64,000 nucleotides of DNA from Octopus sinensis (GCF_006345805.1 NC_043000.1:88412001-88476000); one strand, 5' to 3'. Shown: positions 1-13,209, numbered from the stretch's first letter. Notes: generated from the letters alone by a model not told the origin. Program-made: numbers and translations.

Positions 1-179
1 GGTTTCGTTCTGTACATTGGTTCTCCTTCATTGGTTCTCAGGAGTGAGAGTTTGGTATTTGTAGGAGATGTACCTAACCTCTCCTTTTTAAAGCTCTTAC
101 GTTGTTTTTTCACTGAGTCTTTCTTAGTATCCTTTAAGAAACCTGCTTATCTCCATCGGTACATGTTTGGTCTTTGTTT

Positions 180-292
180 TCATACAATTGCGTTATCGTC
201 GTCATTCGATTTCGGGGCTCCGGCATCGGACGCACTTCCCCTTCGTTTATATTCCCTACTGCTTTCAAATACCTGGATAGTCAGTTTCTGAC
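180..292 (-). CDS. Putative terminal coding exon (G)QKLTIQVFESSREYKRRGSASDAGAPKSNDDDNAIV*
   Basis: Minus-strand acceptor ...ctctatgatgatgtaccAG at 294-293. Its phase-1 start matches the phase-1 end of exon 1591-1633. Internal GT donors (CAG|gtattt, ATT|gtatga) are also possible, so the exon end is uncertain. Confidence 0.45.
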
Positions 293-439
293 CTGGTACA
301 TCATCATAGAGAATGAAACAATCAGTAAGTAAGGAAGTAATTATTTTCATATTAATGTTTAGGATAATTTCAAACCAGAAGAACTAAAACTGTAAAGAAA
401 ACTTTAATGAAAGAACATTTCTGTAAAACATATGAAATA

Positions 440-478
<39 letters not shown>

Positions 479-530
479 CACTACTACTACTACTACTACT
501 ACTTATAATAATAATAATAATAATAATAAA
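440..530. repeat. (CTA)n followed by (TAA)n microsatellite
   Basis: Direct reading of trinucleotide runs. Confidence 0.95.
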
Positions 531-564
531 CGTATCTGTCAATAATGATAATAATAATAATATA

Positions 565-999
565 AACGTATCTGTCAAAACCTACCAAAAACTGAGCAAA
601 TATAAAGATCTTGAAATAGAAATCAGCAAAATGTGGAACCTGAAAACTAAAACAATACTTGTTGTCATAGGTGCCCTGGGAATGATAGCGAAAGGGGCTC
701 ATTGCTACCTAACTCAGTTACCAGGAAACCCCAAAATGGCAGAAATTCAAAAGATAGTACTCATGGGAACTGCTCATATCCTACGCAAAATACTTTCTAT
801 GTAATCTCAGGGTTTAAAACAAACATAATTTTCGTTTTTTTGGGGGGGGGGAGCATTCACTAGTACAACACCAAAAAACCCCCAAATATATGGCACACTA
901 GGCATAACAACAACATGAACTTCCAACCTGTTGTCTCTTGAGGTCTCTGGGTGAGACTTGGAGCCAACTTGTACAAATGCAAAGCAAAAGTCAAACATA

Positions 1000-1000
<1 letters not shown>
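565..1000 (+). mobile_element. 5'-truncated R4/Dong-like non-LTR retrotransposon (C-terminal restriction-like endonuclease region plus 3' UTR)
   Basis: 565-804 reads NVSVKTYQKLSKYKDLEIEISKMWNLKTKTILVVIGALGMIAK...IQKIVLMGTAHILRKILSM*, the K..KY..L...W...V.IGALG pattern of RLE-clade element C-termini. Flanked by (TAA)n on both sides, the known Dong target. Confidence 0.8.
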
Positions 1001-1052
<52 letters not shown>

Positions 1053-1084
1053 TAATAATAATAATAATAATAATAATAACAGTA

Positions 1085-1122
<38 letters not shown>
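1001..1122. repeat. (AAT)n and (GAT)n microsatellite
   Basis: Direct reading; explains the poly-Y/L/S ORF 807-1202. Confidence 0.95.
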
Positions 1123-1590
1123 AATAATGGTATTTTTATTTTGATTAGAAAACAACAGCGGTATAGGTGTGAGGTTGAAATATGAACACTTGGAATGCGC
1201 ATTTCTTAAATCAGAAAAAGAATTACATAAATTCTATAAAACGAGCAACATAAAATAAAATATGAATGTGTATGAAATATTGTCCAAGGAAAAATAATCG
1301 TTGAGTAGATAAAGATCTTTATGTATTCTAATAATCCAGTAAATTTTTTTTTATGAATTTTTTTTGCCATCTTTGCTGTAAATGGAAAATTTTAAGGTTA
1401 TCAAGCTATAAATACGGAATCCATCTTATCAACATGGTAACTGAAATACATTTCTTTATGCCAATATATTATTATGTTCTAAGAAGAGCAGATGATTAAA
1501 ATGATAGAGGAAGGAATAAAAGTATTCTGTTCCCTTAACCCTTTACAAAGAACAACTACATGAGCGTGTCATACGTATCCACATATTTAC

Positions 1591-1633
1591 CTTTAACACA
1601 CAAGTCTGGTACTGTAGAACATCTGTAACATAT
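1591..1633 (-). CDS. Putative 43-nt coding exon ICYRCSTVPDLCVK(G)
   Basis: Acceptor ttatttttatacAG, donor AAAG|gtaaat, open in phase 0 to 1. Splices in frame to exon 180-292 to give CSTVPDLCVKGQKLTIQV. Confidence 0.55.
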
Positions 1634-1805
1634 CTGTATAAAAATAATCTAATTTGAAACTATTTTAAGACTAAAAGGATAATTTTCAGCCATAATGCCC
1701 CACAGCACACACACTATTAGCATGGACACTTTTATAAACATTTTCTAAAGTTGCATAACAAGAAGGAATCAATATATATATATAATACTTGGTGTTGATA
1801 CTAAC

Positions 1806-1850
1806 TGTCGACGTTCTAGAGACGACCACCCACGGGCATATGTAAATATT
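1806..1850 (-). CDS. Putative 45-nt exon NIYICPWVVVSRTST
   Basis: Acceptor ttttgtcttgtatAG, donor ACA|gttagt; phase 0/0 is compatible with exon 1591-1633. Confidence 0.35.
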
Positions 1851-1900
1851 CTATACAAGACAAAATCGGTATACCACACTGGTTGCCATGCTACAATAAT

Positions 1901-2100
1901 ATATTGGTTTCAAATTTTGGTAAATGGCCAGCAATTTAGGGAGAGAGGGCAAGTCGATTACATCGACTGCAGTGCTCAAGTGGTACTTATTCTATTGATC
2001 TCGAAATGCTGAAAAGGAAAGTAGGCATCTGCGAAATTTAAACTCAGAACGTGACGGACAAAATGCCGTTAAGCATTTTGCCCTGCACAGTAACAATTCT
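1901..2100 (-). mobile_element. tRNA-derived SINE, family A (degenerate)
   Basis: Reverse complement aligns by eye to the copy at 34569 (gagtt..aaatt B-box region, aagtcgattacatcgac, tail ttttggtttcaaattttgg). Confidence 0.8.
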
Positions 2101-2756
2101 TAAAACTTGCTCATTATACTGCGATCAAATACTGAAAATTGAAAACGCACTTAGCAACGACAATAGGCCTATCCCTTGCTTAAACGTTACACATAAGCTG
2201 TACAATAGATCTCTCAAACAATATTTGTGAATTCAGCAAAATAATGGCAGCTGAACAGAAAACTTCTATAAGGTTAGCGTTTGGTCAAAAGAATGCATTA
2301 TACTTGATGAAAGAAAAGTTCATGATTTAGGGTAATTTCGCACACAGTGAAAAGAGGAATCTAGCATTTCAAAAAGACCCTTCGTTTCAGAAGAAAACCA
2401 TTATTCAATTGAGTATTTAGGTAATGGTGAAATTATAAACAAGAACAAGCTGATAGTGAAGGTAGAGAAGTGAACAAAAGAAGTTGGAATAGGTCATAGC
2501 AAATAATTTTTTTTTTTACTTTCTCAGTATACACAAAGGACAGGACAATGTTCAGTGTATATATATATAGGTGGAAATCTTTATGTATGCATAAATGAAT
2601 AGTGAATATGATTGTACAGATGCGCAAAAGCTCATGTAAAGGCGTCTATTTCTAATTCTTAAACTTTGGCAAATGCGATATTAAAATTAGCTGACGAAAA
2701 GTATTGGAGTTTAGGTTATTTAGTTTATATAAAGGAGAAATGTAATGATAATAATG

Positions 2757-2970
2757 GTTTTAAATTTTGGTATAAGGTCAGCAATTTTGGGAAGGGGATA
2801 AGTAAGTTACATCAGCCTCCGTTCTCAACTGATACTTATTTTAAGCGAACCTGAAAGGATGAAAGTCAAGGTTGACTTCGGCGGAATTTGAACTCCGAAC
2901 ATAAAGACGAACGAAATGCTGCTAAGCAGTTTGCTTAGCGTGCTAACCATTCTGCCAGCTTGCCACCTGT
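2757..2970 (-). mobile_element. SINE family A
   Basis: gaaaggatgaaagtcaaggttgacttcggcggaatttgaactc...gctaaccattctgccagc matches the family. Confidence 0.8.
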
Positions 2971-4459
2971 GTAATGATAATAATCACTGTTTGTTAATAG
3001 TGAGGATTATTAACTTCTGTTTTTGTGTTGGGTAAACGCAAGTGGTCAATGAATATTAAAAGAATGTTCAGAGCTTACAGGAGAATAATAAAATATAATT
3101 TTGTGAATGTATAACTAGACCTCACTGAACGATAGTGAAAACCTTTGTGTGTATGAATGTGAAAATTAATTTCCAGTATGTTCTTAAAAATACAGAGTGT
3201 GGTCTGAGAGTGATTTAACTTATTTTTGTTGGTCTTCTGTGTTTATATTTAGTGGTAGTTGTGATAACAGAAAAGTGTTTGACTCCTTCTCTCACAGTTA
3301 TTGAAATGACTGCATTTGGCATGATTAGCCTTCCACGGTATGCTAGCCCACTTACTGACATTCAAAAAGCTTATAAACACTAAAAATCAGATCAGCCATT
3401 CTCACTCTTGTACTGATTAACTCTTTCGAAAGAACAGTTCTAACGATACACATTTTCCGTGATTTTGTTTAAAGACTGAACTCCCAGTAATTCTTTATCT
3501 AAATCCTCAGAAGTTATATATTACGTATCGCAATAAAAAGTAATGTAACGTAAGTTGTGCGTTTGCTAACGAAATATTTATACTAAAAATATTTGTAATG
3601 TTAGAAATGCCGTCACTGAATAACTGCGTTTTAGAATGTAACTGGATAGAATTTCGGCAAAAGAGTGTATAGTACTTGATAAATGAATGGAAGTATATCG
3701 CAAATTCATATCAATAGTCTCCTAACTGCTCAAGTCCGCAGAATTAATGCTATAAATACCGAAATGAAAATGTATCATATGAAAGGGGCTGTGAACTAGA
3801 ATACAGTGACACGAAGTTACTACTCCGGGTTAAATACATATAGCTCTTTGCATTTATACTAATAAAAGTGGGACCAACATTTGAAATATTGAAGTAAATT
3901 ACGAAGTCGATGTGATATATGACATATATGTTAAAGCTAGAAGACAAATGGCAGTATTAGACCAATCTGCATTTGGTTGTTGAATGTCTTACCTGCTAAG
4001 CAACAACAAAAACTACCTTTAATTAAGGCACATCTTATGAGAGGAAATGACCTTTTCAAGAACTACCATGAGAGCTTACATCGCCAAATACCTGGAGAAA
4101 GAACACTCTGGATATCAAGAAAAGGTTTCTCGGAAATTTGAAAGTGAGGCCATTATCACCAGGAAGTTTAACGTGGCTTGGATTCATGGATGTTATATAA
4201 TGTTAAAGTTTGAGGCTTAAACTAAACTAAAATAGCGTAATTGTATTAAAATGTCGTCTCTGGCTTTTAAATGTTTGCGAAATACATGTCGAAAAACAGG
4301 CACAAGGAAATAATTAATCCCAGAATGCGATCAAAATTTTCTATTGTTACATATTTATGGAAGATATTTCACATATTATTTTAGGTATCGAAATATAATG
4401 AATTTTTTTACATTCCAACACAACATGACGATATTGCTAACAATTTTTTTTTATTGTCA

Positions 4460-4865
4460 AACTAAGTCGATTGCATCGACCCCAGTGCTCAAGTGGCACT
4501 GATTTTATTGACCCCTGAAGAATGACTGGCAAGGTCGACCTCAGAAATAGTTAAACTCAGAATGTAAAATAAGATGTCATGCTACAAAGCAATTTGCTCG
4601 GCGTGGTAAAGATTCTGTCATCTTACTGCCTTACCTCTATTAAATATTGGTTTCCAATTTTGGCACAAGGCCAACAGTTTTGGCGTCCGGGTTAAATGGA
4701 TTGCATTGACCCTAGTACTCAACTGGTACTTATTTTATCGACCCCGAAGATATGAAAGGCAATGTGGATTCTGGTGACATTTGAACTCAGAATTTAAAGG
4801 CGGACGAAATGCCGTTAGACATTTTGCCCGATGTAGTAACGATTCTGCCAGCTCGCCACCTTAGC
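4460..4865 (-). mobile_element. Two tandem SINE family A copies (about 4460-4635 and 4643-4865)
   Basis: Repeated atcgaccc.agt.ctcaa.tgg.act..ttttat.gacccc.gaag core and gattctg.ca..t..c.gcc head. Confidence 0.8.
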
Positions 4866-6432
4866 TCGATTAGATATTAAAATGTCATTATTTCTGATGT
4901 TACTTACAACTTGCTAAGTCTTTCAGTACAAGAGCAATATTGCTAGTTATTCCACGTCAAATATAACAGGTCTCTTATATCAGCAAAGAAGAAATGAACA
5001 TACTATTCTGTCCATACTTTCTTATACTACATGGAATAGATTAGGGTAAAAGATAAATTGTAGGAATCGACAGATTAAGAAATTTGGCACTACCTTTTAA
5101 TATTTAAAAACTTCCGATTAAAATGCAACCGTCTGAAGCATCTCGCAATTTGAACGTACTCATGCACCAAAATACACTAATAAGTATAGCTGGTGCGAGA
5201 TACTTCTTTATCATTCTTACTATAGTAAACGCAAAATAGAAAATACTGATTAGTATGTCAAAACCCTTTAATCAACGGATGCTACCAACAAAAAAATGAC
5301 ATTAAATGGACATGGTCATTTAATGACAAACGTAAAAATCTTTAATTTCACGGTGGCCTTAACCAGAGAAACAACAAAGAAGAAAGGGTAAGAAAGAAAA
5401 TGTGATACTTCATTAACCACCATTCCTAGGGAAGACTATAAAAGTGTTAGGAAAGAGGACCACAAATAAGAAAAAGAGAAATCTGGTGGGATTCAAAAAA
5501 TAGGTACCTAGGAATCCCAGTAGCAGAATCAGTCCATCACTTCTATATCAAGGAATTCCATGACAAAGGGTAGGAGAAATTAATTATATCAGCCCAAATG
5601 TAATTTGTACTAAAGTCTATATGAAAGTCTCAGTAATTGAAAGAAATCGTATTGTTCAGCTTATTTCTTCATTCGTCTCAGGTTATGTTGTCAGTCTGAA
5701 AAACAAAATCAAATGAAAAATTCAGCGTAGGTTAATTATACTTGACAAGTGAAGATTGATGCATTTTACGAGTTGCTCACCTACTCATTATCAGCTCGAA
5801 AACATTTTGCTCGAGATTCTGAAATAATGATCGAAAATTCTATTAAAAAGTTAACCTCCGATTATTTAGATATAAAAGAATTCAGTGAGAATTTAAAAAT
5901 CAAAGAAATTATTTTCGGAAATTCTCGAATATCAGTGGATATAGGAACTGTAATTACAAAAACTTGAAAAAAATGTATCTCAAAAGTAACTAGGCTAGAA
6001 ATATTAATTATAATATTTTTTTTATATTAATTATAATCTATTACTCAGCTACGGCCTATGTAGGAAATGCATCAACTATGGAACGAAATCAAAAATATAA
6101 TCTATTATACACACATTATTTATATTATTTGTAAGGCATCTGTCTAAAAAAGAATTCTTTTCACAGCCCAGCGAGGCAGGTACTCTAATTTATTCATTGG
6201 TACTGTGTGTTCAGTCCTACCCATATGCACTTTCCGTTGAGATAAATATAAGGATGATGTAGTAAGCAAAACAAGATTTGATAAATCATTGCCAACGTAT
6301 TTAGAACGTCGCGTAACACTACTCTACATTTGTTTAAATAAAAATAAAAATAATAACGAGTTGTAACTGAAGCATGCAAAACCGCTTTGAAAATCAGTGT
6401 CATCAATTACCACAATAGAGGAGGCGACATAC

Positions 6433-6504
6433 GCATTGCGAAGAATATAGTTTTCTCCTTTAAAGCTGCACTTTCAGTATTTCCCCATGTGAATTATACA
6501 CCAT
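6433..6504 (-). pseudogene. Possible 72-nt exon with one in-frame stop: (D)GV*FTWGNTESAALKEKTIFFAM
   Basis: Acceptor tttggttcttcAG, donor ATGC|gtatgt, symmetric phase 1/1, TAA at 6496-6494. No homology established. Confidence 0.25.
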
Positions 6505-8611
6505 CTGAAGAACCAAATATTTCAGTAAAGATAGAATTTTGAAATATCATACATTTCAAATTTTTCTATGGGTTCCCACCAATTTTAGAATTTTCAAAAT
6601 AACTGCTAGTAAATATTAATAAGACATATTTAAAAAAATATATATTCTGAATTCAATATAGGATTGCAGCCAAAACTAATATTTTTAAATAATAGTTTTG
6701 CAGGTGATATAAACGTTGTTTTATAGGTGTTTAGTTTTCATATATGCTTGTATCTTTATGTCTTATATTTAGGTTACAGCTAAAGATGATAACACTACTT
6801 CAGTGTATTTAAGTTGAAATGTGTTACTTGGCTCCTAATCAAATTATATCTGCTAATATTCAGTAAAATAAAATAAAAATATGATAAAGTTCAAAGGATC
6901 CTTTACCAAATAAACATACATAATTTATAGGATCCTCTTTAGAAATGGGTGAGTATTGAATATTTATGTTTTCCCTTGGAACATAAAAAGCCAGCATTTC
7001 AAAAATGTATTTGTGAGTGCTATCTTAACCTTATTTATGATATAAAATTTTCAAATAAGTTGTAAAACATTTCATTTTCAAATTATAGTGAATTATCAGC
7101 GCATACAAACACACGTGCGAACATATGCGCACGCACACACACGCACACACGCATACACACATAATACACACACAGACGTACGTATGCACGCAAACATACA
7201 CGCATATATACGAACCAATATATACAGTCAAACATCTAGCTGATTCTTTACATTGAATTTTGATACTTGTTTCATTTTCAATTTTCCTGAAGTATTATCA
7301 GCTGAGAGACTGACTGTTGTAATAAATGTTTGATTGAGATGTGTCTAGTCTGCTATTATTATATTTGTTATATAATATAGCAGCTGTATGTTTAAACTGG
7401 AAATGGACATGAATAAAGAGGATCGAATGCTATTGTTAATTATTTTGATTACTATTGTATCCATCTACTTCTGTTTAATAGAAAGAGTCTGTAATACTGT
7501 TATTCATTCTGATGAAATTAGCAACTAAGTCTCCTTCTATATCACAAACTACATCTTTACAAACAACGAGTTCAATAACGATGTACCAGAAGTATTACAC
7601 CTAAAAGAAACAAACAGAATGGTCCTGTTACGAACAGGAGCCGAGTTAACGCAGTAATCGCGCAACAAGAGGGAAAATGTATTGCTTAATGTGAAAGCTA
7701 CAACCATTTTTTCTTTTAAAGCGGATATCTGAAAGATTTCTCTTAGGAATTTTTTCCTATAGATTATGCAGTGCAAACGATTTTCTCTATCAGTGTGACG
7801 TAGAAAAGACATTTCACTTGAAACCCCTTGCAACTTCTGGCAGTACGACTAACATCATCACCACGCCTTTAGAAGTTGAAATATGTCACAAATATATTTT
7901 AATTAACCTAAAGTTCACTTATGCCTAATCACTACTTAATGATGACATTGCTGACTTTTCTCAACCGGTTGGTCCCTTGGCACAACCCAGTCAATGTTAT
8001 TACCTGATATTATTTAAAGCCACGACGACTTTAAACCTACTCTCAGTTACATCACTTCGGTATTTCCCGTTGATAACGGCTAAAGAGCGAGAAAAGCTGC
8101 GTCTGGGAATCCGATAGGGGGTGCACTGGGCAGCTATTGTGCTTTTACATATATTTGCCATGAGAGAATTATTTTTTTTTATCCACGGTAAATGCAGTAA
8201 ATTCGTCTTTAGAAGTGGAAATATGTCACAAACATATTGCCACTAACCTAAAGTTCGCAGCTTATGCCTAATCATCGGATGGCGCTGATACTGCTCATAA
8301 GTATATTAACAATTTGTTCAGAGACCTTGCTTGATGATACGTACTTTAGTAACTACCAGATAGGTCAACTCTGAAAACTGAAAAATGAAATATTGATATT
8401 TATTCAAGATAAAACAAAGGGGATTAAGTAGAAGACAAAAATGTTTTGGAACTACATAGACGTGTCAGTGTATTATAATTTGTTGGTGACAACCTTCACA
8501 CTGGGTATTGATACAGGACGCCTGTATCTCATCAAAAAAGTAGTATTCTATTGTGTATGTAGTGTAAATATAAATGTATATGTATGTGTACGCGTGTGTA
8601 GTTAATATATA

Positions 8612-8858
8612 TACTCTTTTACTCTTTTACTTATTTCAGTCATTTGACTGTGGCCATGCTAGAGCACCGCCTTTAGTCGAGCAAATCGACTCCACGACTT
8701 ATTCTTTGCAAGCCTACTACTTATTCTATCGGTGTCTTTTGCTCAACCGCTAAGTTACGGCGACGTAAACACACCAGCATCGGTTGTCAAGCGATGTTGG
8801 GGGGACAAACACAGACACACAAACATACACACACACACACAACACACACACACACACG

Positions 8859-8898
<40 letters not shown>

Positions 8899-9065
8899 TA
8901 CGATGGGCTTCTTTCAGTTTCCGTCCACCAAATCCACTCACAAGGCTTTGGTCGACCCAAGGCTAAAGTAGAAGACACTTGCCCAAGCTGCCACGCAGTG
9001 GGACTGAACCCGGAACCATGTGGTTGGTAAACAAGCTACTTACCACACAGCCACTCCTACGCCTA
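8612..9065 (-). mobile_element. tRNA-derived SINE, family B (internal TA/CA microsatellite)
   Basis: Reverse complement begins ataggcgtaggagtggctgtgtggtaagtagc...ggttccgggttcagtccc (A/B-box-like) and ends gactgaaataagtaaaagagtaaa. Similar copies at 43686 and 49955. Confidence 0.9.
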
Positions 9066-9081
9066 TGTGTACAAAATTATA

Positions 9082-9118
<37 letters not shown>

Positions 9119-11569
9119 TCTTTGGATCCATTCTAGAGTTCTCATGAATCATTCTAGTCATATAGAATGCCCTCAAACTAAGGGGGTACTTCAGATATTT
9201 ACATTTCAATCAGAACTCATTATATGCTTCATTAAGTATCGCAAATTAGTATAACATTTCTAACTCTGCCGATTTCTTTCAATTTATCTGTTACTGTATG
9301 CCTTTCCATGTGACATTAAAATTATGTACGGAGTATTCTGAATTTAAGCCTCTAGTTTTCTCGTTTGTCGACATCAATATTTCTGTGCATTGTCGCTTTT
9401 ATATTTAATGGATCGAAATTTTCTATGCGTGCAGTTAAATATTCCAGATTTATTCCAGTGACAGTGGTGCATAAATCGTTGTCAGATATTGATTTAGTTT
9501 GAGAAGGAACATTCAAATGTAGTACCCATAATTGTTGATGTGTGATTTCTCCACTCTATCATTATGTGATCTACGTTTAAGTATCAAAAGGTATTCTTAT
9601 TTCTTTGAGCAGGTAAGAAATTATAATGACTATATACGTACTAAGGCTTTCTGCCTTTGTTTTAGTTTCCAAGCAATGTACTGTCAGCCATAAGTAATTA
9701 ACTTGACAATATTCAACCGCCAAGTTGTACAAATGTGGTATTAAATGCATTGTTTTTATTTTACGTTCATGATTTAGCGTTGAGTTTGAGGGCATTAATT
9801 AGCAATGAAGTTGAGATGGCGATGTCTATGCTGAAAGCCATAGATCATTAGATCCCGTTTATAAATCTGAGAAACATTTTTGAGCTGAAATATATTATAG
9901 TGACCGAACTTCCTTGAGTATTTCTCGAGTTGATGACGGTATTTGGAAAGGAAGCTACACGTGCCTAGCGTGAGAGAGCTATATGTCGCACATTTGTTTT
10001 AGGTTTCATGATGATTGCTAAATGTGCTACTGGGAATTTTTCGAAGTATAATTTTTCTTTTCATTCATGGATGCAGTGGAGAAATATTATGGATATATAT
10101 TTGCACCTGAATAATAAAACGTACTACATTTGATCTCATGCAGGTGTTGTACTGCCGGGAAGATTTGTCCGTGTCAATTAGTTCTCATAACGGTGAGTTA
10201 TTCTCCATTTCTTTCTTCATTCATATTGTGATTTATATTTTACTTCCAGTTTCGGTGTTCAGAAGATAGGGAGCTCACAAAATGGTAGCTTAAAAGATGA
10301 AGACAACGCGGGTGGGGAAATGCGACATGAGCGAGTGTGATAAGAAAGTGATACTACTGCAGATAGAGAAGAAAGAGAATTCCTGTCAAACGTTGAAGCT
10401 GAGGTTGAAGCGTTATATATTAATCGTCTATATTATCCATCATATGAGGGAGAATATAGACGATTAAATTGATTCTAATATCACCCTAGAACTTGGTTAG
10501 TATTTAGAAAAGAACTATTTTACTATATGAGTAAACCTACAGTTTTAATTCTTTTATTAAAATTATTTTGAAAATAATGAAAAATTCAGTCAAATTTGTA
10601 TTGAGAACAAAGTAGGAAATTTTCATAAAATATTTTTAGATTACTTTAAAAATAGGAAGGTTGCACCACAGAATCAAAGACGGTCTCAGTTGCTCGATAT
10701 CAGGAGGGTTAAAATCAAATAAAATTTATAACTTTTTCAGCTTCAAATGTTTGGTAGGAAAATGTCAGCAAATGTAATTTTATATTTTGCTTGATTACAA
10801 CGCACTAATTTTAACGGTTTCAAATTCTAGTATGCAGTTCCTTCTTAAATTATGATTCTTATACTTATTGTAAAATTGTGTGGATATAGTTTTTCAGCAT
10901 GTACATATTATCTGCATCTTATGAGTGAGATTAATTAGATTTATTATTTACATGAGATGATTATTGTTGCAACGATGTTCTTCTCTTTCTTAATACGAGT
11001 AAATATCAAAAACTGATTGGGCATAAATAATATATAGCATATACAGATTATATGACTGTTTATAAATATCGGCTTATATTAGGAAATATCTGTTTCAGAA
11101 TAAAGTCTGAGTCACAGTTTCTTTCATACAAGTAACTGGTATTTTATAATTTTAACCACGATCATATTTTGTATCACAACTGGCATCTTATAAAAAATAT
11201 ATTTTGGTCGTGAAACATAAACACATATCAACCAGGTGGAACATAACGAACTCTTCAACTGTGTTTCTGATCTAAAATATTAATATTTAAATAGTAAAAA
11301 ATCTCTTAAAACACAAAAAATTCATGTACCAAGAGCAACTTTGAATTATGGATTTTCTGTCAGAACTTAATCCTTAACTTTTACTTCTTACTTGATTCAC
11401 TATGTATGTATGTATGTATGTATGTATGTATGTCATTATTCAGCTTTATTTCAAGATTTCTTGCCAATAGAGAAAGAGTCGGGTTCTAACCTAGATCCAA
11501 GGTTCCTCCATTGGGGTTTCAACATCAACAACAGGGTATTTATGTATGTATGCATGTATGTATGCACAT

Positions 11570-11710
11570 ATTTATAGGTGCAGATTCGTATAATTTGTTT
11601 TATGTATGGGCTTATAGTAAAAGACACTTAACCAAAATTCCACACTGTGGAATTGAACACAAAACGACGAAGCAAACTTCTTAAACATTCCGACGTTTCT
11701 GCGCCTATTT
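11570..11710 (-). mobile_element. SINE family B head fragment
   Basis: gggcttatagtaaaagacactt..ccaaa...cacactgtggaattgaac..aaac similar to 8950-9060. Confidence 0.6.
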
Positions 11711-12859
11711 ATATTTTAAGACATTTTTATGAAGTGTTTTATAATCCATCCTTTCACAGTATTCATTTCCAATTAAATGAAACCGATAATATCAGTTGAT
11801 TTCCATGGGCGAGTAAGTACAATTACCAATGCTAATCTGTTTGTTGGTATATAACCACGTCTGTTACATAAACCGCAAATTCCAAAATTATATTTATGCC
11901 ATTTTTTTTCAAAAAAAGCTCCATTAATAATTAACTTTTGATCTAAATTCTTGTTATAATGAAACATTTCGGCTAAAAGAACGTTCGTGCCTGAGATCCA
12001 TTTATCAGTTAAAGTCTAGCTCAATAGAGAGAACATTTCAATCATTTTCAGTTTTTATGTATCTGATTGTTAAATGTGCTCTCGGGTTTTGTTACCTTTG
12101 AATGCGGTCAATGCTTCAATAGTAAAAATCGTTAAATTTCTTTCCACGTAGACGTATATAGCAACAACTTACTCCGTAGTCATCATACTTGCTACCTTTT
12201 ACCTCCAGGAATATCTGAATTCAAGCTCTAATTCAAAATATTACGACTCACAATGCAATAGTGTAGAATATTACACTTTCATTCAGCCACAAGCAAAATG
12301 AACATAATTACTGAACACATTATCAGATACAGTTGGAAAGAGAATTGTGGACATTTACCAAATATTTATTTAAATATAGCCACGAACTCATTTTGTATCA
12401 ATATTCTCAAATATTTCCTTCACAGCAGGTTATTAGTTGCTATATATTACATGCAGTATGTATTTCTATTGTATTTACACATTTTCGACTTTCAGTTGCA
12501 TACCTGACAATCATCCCTGAAAGCCAAAGCCACAGTTTTTCAGATAACCATATTTATAGCTCTGAAGTGAAAGCAATAATTATGACATCTGCTACCTGCT
12601 TAAATATAGTCTTCGCAATATAACTTCTTCAAAATCTTCTATACATCTTTTCAAAAGCTTATATACATCTTTTCAAGATCTAGGAATCAATTCGCCTGAA
12701 ATTCTTGGAGTATTTAATATCCATCTACGAGACGTTTCAGACTGTTTTTCAGGAACAAATATTTATTTATTTGTTAGTATCAAAAGTCAATCACACGGAG
12801 CTGCGATTTCCTGTCAACTTGTGCATATATACACATATATATATATATATATATATATA

Positions 12860-13195
12860 GTAAAGTTTATGTGCTAACAGAATGTGGCAGTCCTATAAAG
12901 GACGATGTTACTGTTGTTTTACCCCCAGGAAAACATCTTTTCCAGCTGGCTGTCGACACAGAGTTGGTGTCCGTATAGCATTTGCATGGGAGGTCATCGC
13001 TCCCATCTCTAGACTTACGTGACACTCACAGACCTAGGTTTCTGGGTAGTTACCTGTTCTCAGTGTGACACAATCACAGGCTAGTGATAAAAGCTCTCTC
13101 CACTCGCAAATACTATATATTCTTTAAATGCGGTAGTCCTATAAAGGACAATAATACTGTTGTTTTAGGACCAGGAAAACATATTTTCCAGCTGG
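12860..13195. repeat. (TA)n-flanked element with ~63-bp imperfect direct repeats (12887-12949 and 13133-13195)
   Basis: g.agtcctataaagga...tactgttgtttta...ccaggaaaacat.ttttccagctgg occurs twice, 246 bp apart. Confidence 0.75.
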
Positions 13196-13209
13196 TTTTA
13201 TATATATAA

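Noticed and set aside
384-1202. Poly-S/I/L/Y ORFs in the track
   Set aside because: They are translations of trinucleotide microsatellites.
7549-7833. 94-aa minus ORF with a strong AG acceptor at 7601
   Set aside because: All frames after the acceptor hit stops within a few codons, and no family motif was recognised.
10144-10192. Plus-strand 49-nt AG...GTGAGT exon-like segment
   Set aside because: No compatible partner exons were found; could be chance.
12500-12760. KQVADVIIIAFTSEL fragment reminiscent of a SEFIR/TIR strand
   Set aside because: Multiple stops, and a hydrophobic TM-like stretch lies downstream rather than upstream; too weak to name.
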